Origin: a virus
Lineage: Duplodnaviria; Heunggongvirae; Uroviricota; Caudoviricetes
DNA: 54,013 nt
Virus record (IMG/VR): IMGVR_UViG_2778261162_000003
Strand: one strand, 5' to 3'
Shown here: piece after piece, positions 46,602-54,013 of the stretch
Numbering within the stretch: position 1 is the first letter of the stretch
How the letters are laid out: each line of letters starts with the position of its first letter
Made by a program: the position numbers and the translations under genes
Notes under the pieces: model-generated
Database searches by the model: none
Seen by the model: the letters and a program-made list of their open reading frames with translations, nothing else
Told to the model about the DNA's origin: nothing

Positions 46602-47363
46602 TCACCACATCACTTTTTGTCGCTGTTTGGCGAGATAATTCAACGGTGTCAGGCCGTAAAACGCCTTAAAAACAGAGATAAAGTATGACGTGCTGCTATA
46701 GCCACATAATTGCGCCACCTGAGTGATATTTTTGTTATCCATCAATAACATCTGTACGGCGTAACGCATACGACACTCTGTGACAATCTGGCTATAGCTG
46801 GTATTTTCGTTTTTTAATTTCTTTTTGAGCAGGCTGGGGCTTAAACATAGCGAACTGGCGACAATTCGCAGATTCCAGTAATGCTGAATATCGCTTTGAA
46901 TAATGCGGCAGACGCTGTCGCGGACGCTGCTGCGTAAGATATACATCAGTAGGGCAATAAACCGCGATTGCTCAAGAAAGTTAGACAATACGGTAAAAAG
47001 CAATACGCGCGTCAACTCCGCTTCGCAGGGTTTGCTGGGTTGCTGCTTGCTGTGGTTGGCGGCTAGCCGGAACACTTCCGGTGTACGGCTATGACAAGCA
47101 ATAACCGGGGTTGCCAGCCGCGACCAGGGCTTTACACAGGTTAAGTTCTTATTTAAAAACAACAGATAATCGTTGATGATGTTACGGTTGATGTGGGTGA
47201 TTAATACGTGATTTAACGTTGAGAGTTCAATGACGTTATTGTTGCACGCGAAGGCGGCCAGGTAGTTTTTCGGAAGGGTAAACGTAGCATGGTTATTGAC
47301 GCTTACCTCTACCTCTTTTTCGGTCAGGATCACCACGCAAGGTTCACTGCTGCTCAATTGCAT
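46602..47363 (-). CDS. envY: AraC-family transcriptional regulator EnvY
   Basis: 253 aa; C-terminal AraC-type HTH; position after ompT/pauD as in K-12. Confidence 0.85.
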   Translation of the reverse strand: MQLSSSEPCVVILTEKEVEVSVNNHATFTLPKNYLAAFACNNNVIELSTLNHVLITHINRNIINDYLLFLNKNLTCVKPWSRLATPVIACHSRTPEVFRLAANHSKQQPSKPCEAELTRVLLFTVLSNFLEQSRFIALLMYILRSSVRDSVCRIIQSDIQHYWNLRIVASSLCLSPSLLKKKLKNENTSYSQIVTECRMRYAVQMLLMDNKNITQVAQLCGYSSTSYFISVFKAFYGLTPLNYLAKQRQKVMW

Positions 47364-47545
47364 TTCGCACTCCTCAGATATCAGAAACTCCGCTCAAAGG
47401 ATCTATGCTTCCTGCATGAGTGATCGGCCCGTTCGCCGATAACGATCTTCTTTCTTTAGCACGCTTTTTAGCAATTAATCTTGATGGAATTCTGACGAGA
47501 GCGAAAGAGGTAAGCCAGGTCGTACCCGACTTACCTGGAGGAGAT

Positions 47546-48436
47546 TTAATACTCGAGAATGCCGTGCGCGACGGGCAAATAGCGCAGAGAGAAATAGAGA
47601 GTGTCTTTACCGCAAGAGGAACGTTTCGCTAACAGCGAGGCGATCTCTGCGTCCGGTTTCGGTTTCGCTGTAAAGGTTTTGCCTTTGCCGGCGACAAACA
47701 GTTCATAAACAATGCCGCTTGCTGGGGCGGAACTTTGGCAATCGGCGCTGGCCTGTAGATAACGTTCACGCTGTTCAGCGGTCAGTTTATCCACGCCGCT
47801 GCCATCCTGTACCCAAACATTAACGCCGGTTGCTTTAACGTGTTCCAGCAGTTGGCGATAGCCATCGGGCGACATGTTTCCGGCGAAAAAACTACTGATA
47901 TAAACCGGTTTTGCTGAAACATCGCTAATCAGCCGCTGCGCGTTGTTTAACCATGTTAGCAAAGGCTGACGGGCAGCTTCGCTGCGCCAGTTCAGGTCGT
48001 CAATTTCCGCGCTGATGTACCAGCCATCCGGCGTTACGCCAGGCGCGGCGCTCCATAATCTGGCTTGCTGGAGATCGGCAGCCAGCAGGCGATTAAGATA
48101 GCTTTCCAGCGCTGCGGACGACTGTTTCTGGTGCATAAAAAATTCCGGATCGGCGTTCAGCCCGACAATCAGCTTCAGGCCAGCCTGTTGCGCAGCTGCG
48201 GCACGCTTAAACAATAACGCGCGCTGTTCTGGCTGGGTGAATGCATCGCCGTAACGGGTCCATTGCAAAACCAGGGTATCGAAGCCTTGCAAACGTAACT
48301 GACTCATCAGCCCCTGCCACTGGGTATCGGTAACCTGACTATCTCGGTTTTGTGGTTGCCAGATAATACCTTTCATCGCAAAGGAAAAAGGGCTGACCAA
48401 AAGCAGTGTCAGCAATACGAAAATGAACTTACGCAT
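47546..48436 (-). CDS. ybcH: YbcH (DUF4434 family), signal-peptide protein
   Basis: 296 aa with signal peptide; position between envY and nfrA as in K-12. Confidence 0.8.
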   Translation of the reverse strand: MRKFIFVLLTLLLVSPFSFAMKGIIWQPQNRDSQVTDTQWQGLMSQLRLQGFDTLVLQWTRYGDAFTQPEQRALLFKRAAAAQQAGLKLIVGLNADPEFFMHQKQSSAALESYLNRLLAADLQQARLWSAAPGVTPDGWYISAEIDDLNWRSEAARQPLLTWLNNAQRLISDVSAKPVYISSFFAGNMSPDGYRQLLEHVKATGVNVWVQDGSGVDKLTAEQRERYLQASADCQSSAPASGIVYELFVAGKGKTFTAKPKPDAEIASLLAKRSSCGKDTLYFSLRYLPVAHGILEY

Positions 48437-51429
48437 TTACCAGTGCACTCCAATGGTGAGAAACGCGTTGTTGCGCTCTCCGTTACGTTGATTAATCGCC
48501 TTAAAGGTATGTTGATACTCGACGCCGAGACTGACTTTGTGCGGCCAGGCGTCGTAGTGCGTCTCGCCGGTCCAGATATTCCAGCGGACCCCGACTCCGC
48601 CAAGCTGCGCGCCCTGAGTGCCTTTATCACGATAGCCGTTGTCCTGAACGTGAGCGTAAGGCTCAATAGTCTGTCCGTTAGCTACCTTCTGATGCCAGCT
48701 GACGCGATAATCTGCCGTCCACGCCTGAATATCCTGGCGGATATATTGCGCCGCATCGAGGTACAGGTTTTGGGCAAACCAGCCTGAACCGTTCGGGTGC
48801 CATTCGTCGCTGTATTTGCCGCCATTAAAGAATGAGGCGCTGGCGCGCAGCATGGTATCGGATGCGCCATTTTGCCCGTTCAGCGGCAACTGCTGTTCGA
48901 CGGCGAGGAAAAAGATCTGATCGCGCAGCGGCTTCCAGCGCAGACCGGTGCCGGACATCGGATTTTTCACCGGCATCATCACCCCGTTTTCTCCGGTATC
49001 GGCAAAGACGCGGCTATAAACTGAGAGCAGGTCGCCTTCCAGCAGCATATTGCGTCCGATGCGGTACTCGGCTTCCAGTTGCCCGTAGCTACGATAGCTT
49101 TTCCCTGGCGCTGCGCCGCCGACATTATTGTTAGCGGTGCTCATTGCCCCGGAACGCAAGCCGATAGAAGAATCGAAACTGAACGTCCAGCGGCGACCGA
49201 CCTCCTCATGCAAACGGCGGAAATTGAAGCGTTGCTGATTTTGCTCTGGGGTCAGTGGGGTTATCAGCGCCTGATTATCAATGTCATCAATCACCAGCCG
49301 GGCGTAGTGCTGCGTCGCAGGCATGTCATCCAGACGCTGGTTCACGTAGGCCAGTTGTCGGATCAGTGCCGGATCGTCCGGAAGCCCTTTATGCGCCTGT
49401 TCGAGCATTTCCCGCGACTGTGCGATATCACCGCTATCCCACAAGGCGTAACCAAGCGCTGCCTGGATGTTGCTATTATTCGGTTCCAGTTCCAGCGCGG
49501 CGCGCAAATCACTCACCGCCGCCGGGACATTATGACGTTGGCGATAAATTGTCGCCCGCGCAACGTAAGCGTTGGCAGAAGGCGCAATATTGATTGAGCG
49601 CGTGAGATCGCTCAGTGCGAGTTCCGGCTGACCAGGAATGTAACGTTGCGCATGCAGCCACCAGTAGAGGGCATTGTTTCCCAGTCCACGTTGTTCTGCC
49701 TGTTGTAGCCAGCGATCGCGAGCTGCACCATTTCCTGCCGCCTGGGCGGTATTGGCAGCAGCAAGCAGATCCTCATTGCTCATGTCGTGAAGACTGATTT
49801 TCTGCCAGGCCGCCAGTGCGGTGGCGTAGTCCTCAACCTGATACGCCTGATAGGCTACCGCACGATGTTGCCAGGCGTTCGGTTGTCGTTGTTCGGCCTG
49901 AAGCCATGCATACAGCGCCACACCGGGTAGCGTGTCCCGATAACACTTTGCCAGACGGTTCCAGGCGGCAGCATCGTAGGAAGGCGACATATCGCCCAGC
50001 AAGCGAACTATTGCCGGGCAATTATCTGCAATACCCGGCAACTGACTTTGCCACTGACGTTGCTCCGCCAGCGGTAAGGGTTTCGATAAAATCGCCACCT
50101 TCGCCGGCGTTGCCAGGTAAGGATGACTTTCCAGCAGAGACGCCAGTCGCGCCATTAAAGTCTGGCTGACACGCGCATCGCCCTGGAAAGGATAGCGTTG
50201 CAGCAATAAATCGGCAGCTTCGCGTGACTGCTCGTTCTGCATCAGTTGCCAGGTCAGTTGATCCAGGCGGGTAAGATTTGCCGGTTCTTGCTGATACAGC
50301 AATCGTGCCAGACGCAGAGATTCAGCCTTGTTACGGGCGCCACGCTGACAGCATAACGCTCCTCAAGCATTTCATTGGCGGGGAGGGTGGCGAGCAGTTT
50401 TTGCGCTGCGTCGTACTGACCTTCTTTTAACAGCACCGGTAGCGTCGCGCCAACAACATACTGGCGGTTATCGGCAAACTGCACCGTATAATTCGCCAAT
50501 GCCTGAACGGGGTTGGCGCTGTATTTAGATAACAGATAGAGCCAACTTTTCTCTTGTGCGTCCGTGGTAAACAGCGGCTTATTTTCATTGAGATAATGCT
50601 GGAGGCGTGCTTTTTCGCCACGATAAGCCAGCGCGGTCGCGTAAGTAATATATGACTGAGGATCGGTGAAGATCCCCTGTGATTGCAGTGCCAGGATCCG
50701 ATCGTCCAGCTGCCCGGCAAGAAGCACGTCAAACCACTGACGGCGTTCTGCCGCGCTTAATGTGTTCTGCTGGCGTGCTTCATTGTATAGCGTATCTGCC
50801 TGGGACCATTGTTTCAGGTAGATTGCCCGTTGCAGCAGATCGGTTCGCAGCGTTTTTCCTTCTGGCGATGCAGCAAACGTCGCATCGTTCAGTTGCGCTC
50901 TGGCGACAGGTAATTGTGCCAGCCGCAGGGCATTCTGCCCGACTTCACTGCGACAACGCAGGGTCGGCGCAGCGTCGCACGCTTTTTGCTGGGCAAGCAG
51001 TTCTTCAACAGTCGTAACGCTTTTCACTTCAACCGGAATAGCCGCCAGACTGCGCTCAAGTCGGGCATCTCCTGGGTGACGTTTCAGTTGATCCTCAAGC
51101 AACAGCCGCGCCCGGTCATCATGACCAAAATGGCGATAGGCTTCCGCAAGGTATAAAGTAAGCGGAATATTATCCGGCACCTGCTGGTGTATATATTCAA
51201 ATTCGCGGATGGCGGTTGCTTCGTCGTTATTTTTCTGTGCCTTCAGCGACTTATCGAGACGGGGATAAATAACAAAATGGCGATAATCGCTCAGCCCCAG
51301 CTCTTCTGCGCTGGTGCCGATATTGTCTGCGAGTGCGCTGGTACTCAATAAAGACGTCAGCAGTAAACCAGACCATCCGATGACGCGATTAAGGTTATTC
51401 TCCTTCATTTTCGGACTCCAGTTGCGCAA
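48437..51429 (-). pseudogene. nfrA: Bacteriophage N4 adsorption outer membrane protein NfrA, split into two overlapping ORFs (frameshift or sequencing error)
   Basis: N-terminal ORF 50254-51429 (391 aa, signal peptide, TPR-like) and C-terminal ORF 48437-50302 (621 aa, ends ...AFLTIGVHW) in different frames, overlapping about 50 nt; together equal NfrA length (about 990 aa). Confidence 0.8.
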
Positions 51430-53632
51430 CCTGTTCTGTGTTTAAACCTGCTTTGAGTAATAGTGATTGCATCGAAACTTGTAATTCGCGTTGAATTGTC
51501 AGGACGCGATCCAACGTTTCCTGGCTGATAACGCCTTCGGTGACCAAAAACTTGCCGAGCGGCAGAGAACTGCGTTCATGGCGCAATAACAACACGTTAA
51601 TTGCTGAACGATTAATATGACCGAGCGTGGTCAGTATTTCGGCGAACAGGAACTGATGCGGCACATATTGCCGCCAGATTTCACCGGTCTGCTGTTCCGT
51701 GAGCCACTGATGCTGAACCGCATTGTACAACATTGCCCGCGGATCGTGACCGCGTCGGCGTGCATACCAGTGACGTAACCCCGTGACAATTTGTCCCCGC
51801 AGAACAATGACGTAACGCACTTTGCGTCCGACTTTACGCGTCAGGGCCGCCAGCGAAACCGGGTCAATACCATCTTCACTGCCGACAATTAACTCATCAT
51901 TTTCCAGACGCAGCGGCAGTACTGCATAATGCAGCGCTACGGAGGCTGGCATTTCGGCAATCAGCGAGGACGGGATCTGCCAGGCATCGATGGATTCCCA
52001 CGCCACGCCGTTTTGCTCTGCCAGCGCCTGTGCCAGCTGCTCGGCGCTAATCAGCCCCTGCATCAGCATTGAACCGCCCAGGCGTAGACCTTCGACGCGA
52101 TTACGCAGTGCTGTATCGAGTTGTTCTTCAGTGATGACCTGATTTTCCAGCAGAATTTGGCCTAACGGGCGCAACGAGCGGGTATCGCCAGTCACGCTGG
52201 GGAAGTCATGCGTTGTTTTATCCCACGCGACGCGACGTGGATCGCCGTGTTGAAGTACCTGTTTTAGCGCGCGCCAGTTGGCCATGAAGTTAATCAGGTT
52301 GCCCCAGAAAAGACGCAGGACAGATAGCAGCCCCTGCGTCAGACCGTAGTAGCCAGTGACGAAAATCACCCGCTGCACGATGCGGTTAACCATCAAGCCA
52401 AAGTTTAGCCACAGCAGGGTCATTAACCATGCGCTGCCGCTAAAAATAGAAAGGAAATGCCAGGCATTGGGCCACAAACTTTCATACGCCAGCAACAGCA
52501 AAAGCTGGAGCATCACCAGCATCGCGAGGAAGCTGACAAAGTTACTGATTGCCCCTTTGCGGTCGCGCCAGAGAAAGTAGTTCAGCGTCAGGCTGGAGGT
52601 CCATTTGTGGGTTTTAAAGCCCTGGAAAACAATGCCGATGATCCAGCGAGATTTTTGTCGAACTGCAGTCGAAAAGGTATCGGGGAAATATTCGCGCACG
52701 CAGATCATGTTTGACGTCCGTGCGTGCTGTAAAAATTTGCGCTGCTCGCGTTCTTTGGCTTCGTCCACCACCGGAAAACGGACAAAAATTTCCGTCATAC
52801 CTTTCTCTTTCAGGCGGAAACCAATGTCGTAATCTTCAGTCAGACTCTGCACGTCGAAAGCAATACCGTCACCGTCAGCTAACAGAGCGGTCACGGCGCG
52901 GCGGCTGAAACAGGTGCCGACGCCTGCGCTGGGCACTTGTCCGGCGAGGGCTTCACGCACCGGAACATCTTTGCCATGCAGCTCTGAAAACTCATCAATG
53001 TAAGTCATGCTGGTGAAGTGCGTCCATTCGCGTTCGAACGGATACACCGGGATCTGAATCAGATCTTTACGCTCGACCAGATAGTTGAACAGACGCAATT
53101 CCATCGGTGAAATCACATCTTCGGCGTCATGCAGAATAAAACCAGCAAAAGCGAAATTGGCGCTACGTTCAAACTGGGTGATGGCGTCCAGCACGTTGTT
53201 CAGACAGTCGGCTTTGCTGGTGGGACCAGGACGCGCGCAGACTACCTTATGCACGTTCGGAAAGCGAGCGCACACTTCGTCAACATCACGTTGAGTATCG
53301 GGGTCGTTGGGGTAGGTGCCAACAAAGATATGATAGTTTTCGTAGTCGAGCGTGGTCGCCGCCAGCTCGGCCATATTGCCGATGACGCCCGTTTCATTCC
53401 ACGCCGGAACCATAATCGCTAACGGTTTTTCATCTGGTTTATACAGTTCGCGGTAACTCATTCGCGGGTAGCGGCGATAAACACTCAACTTGCGTTTAAT
53501 GCGGCGTACCCAGTAGACGACATCAATAAAAAAATCGTCCAGCCCGCTGATGAACATGATGACCGCTAACGTTATCGCGATTACTTTTAAGCCGTAGAGC
53601 CAGGTTGCAAAAACATCAAGAAGCCAGTCCAC
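51395..53632 (-). CDS. nfrB: Bacteriophage N4 adsorption protein NfrB (inner membrane GT2 glycosyltransferase)
   Basis: 745 aa, matches E. coli NfrB; overlaps the nfrA start (nfrBA operon). Confidence 0.9.
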   Translation of the reverse strand: MDWLLDVFATWLYGLKVIAITLAVIMFISGLDDFFIDVVYWVRRIKRKLSVYRRYPRMSYRELYKPDEKPLAIMVPAWNETGVIGNMAELAATTLDYENYHIFVGTYPNDPDTQRDVDEVCARFPNVHKVVCARPGPTSKADCLNNVLDAITQFERSANFAFAGFILHDAEDVISPMELRLFNYLVERKDLIQIPVYPFEREWTHFTSMTYIDEFSELHGKDVPVREALAGQVPSAGVGTCFSRRAVTALLADGDGIAFDVQSLTEDYDIGFRLKEKGMTEIFVRFPVVDEAKEREQRKFLQHARTSNMICVREYFPDTFSTAVRQKSRWIIGIVFQGFKTHKWTSSLTLNYFLWRDRKGAISNFVSFLAMLVMLQLLLLLAYESLWPNAWHFLSIFSGSAWLMTLLWLNFGLMVNRIVQRVIFVTGYYGLTQGLLSVLRLFWGNLINFMANWRALKQVLQHGDPRRVAWDKTTHDFPSVTGDTRSLRPLGQILLENQVITEEQLDTALRNRVEGLRLGGSMLMQGLISAEQLAQALAEQNGVAWESIDAWQIPSSLIAEMPASVALHYAVLPLRLENDELIVGSEDGIDPVSLAALTRKVGRKVRYVIVLRGQIVTGLRHWYARRRGHDPRAMLYNAVQHQWLTEQQTGEIWRQYVPHQFLFAEILTTLGHINRSAINVLLLRHERSSLPLGKFLVTEGVISQETLDRVLTIQRELQVSMQSLLLKAGLNTEQVAQLESENEGE

Positions 53633-54013
53633 ACAAAAACCTTACATTAACGCTGGTTATGTTTAGGGTGGCGTATATTAAGGTTTTTTATGAATTGTGA
53701 CAGCTTTTTACCATTAATAGGTATGACTATTGCGGCACGTTATTTTTACACTGGTTATAAAAGTTGCCGTTTGCGTAGAATGTAGACAAAAGCATGGTGT
53801 CAAGGAGGGGAGGTTAACGTCATAGTGAAAAGGAGCGGTGGCACCGAGCAGGTCATAATGTAGTGGAAGTGCCTGGAGGAGGTGAGCAGGCAGGGCAAGA
53901 TTACGAAAGCCCGCTCCCCGCAAGGACTGACGCGAGATAGTTTCTGTCCATGGCTGCTTTTCGCATCTTACGTCTTAACCCTGCCTTGAATACCTTATCA
54001 TTCGTCAAAATAT

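Noticed and set aside
53633-54013. Short ORF 53714-53923 at the window end
   Set aside because: Lies in the nfrB upstream region with no supporting features; treated as promoter/intergenic sequence

Overview
Enterobacterial (E. coli-type) chromosome segment carrying an almost complete lambdoid prophage at the DLP12 position, followed by host genes. Left to right: the 3' end of an IS21-family element (istB); a lambda-type recombination module (exo, bet, gam); an immunity region with cI, a cro-like gene and a CII-like gene but no N-like ORF; lambda-type O (with ori iterons), P and ren; the DLP12-type accessory/nin region (emrE, ybcK serine recombinase, two uncharacterised genes in an AT-rich islet, ybcN/ninB, ninE, ybcO, rusA, ylcG, Q); an apparently intact nmpC porin; a phage-21-type lysis cassette (pinholin, SAR endolysin, Rz/Rz1) and bor; a lambda-type cos site; and a full lambda-like head and tail gene set (nu1 to J, lom, stf, tfa). 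J carries a frameshift in a G-run. Downstream of tfa are a Pin-type invertase, a SAM methyltransferase, a tfa fragment, a secreted alpha/beta hydrolase and ompT, then a partial tRNA-Arg copy (attR/pauD-like) marking the prophage end. Host genes envY, ybcH, nfrA (frameshifted) and nfrB follow. All protein identifications rest on recalled similarity to lambda and E. coli K-12 proteins; no database search was run. The strongest candidates for something undescribed are the two-gene AT-rich islet next to ybcK (one protein with a KilA-N/Bro-N-like N-terminus) and the N-less immunity region.
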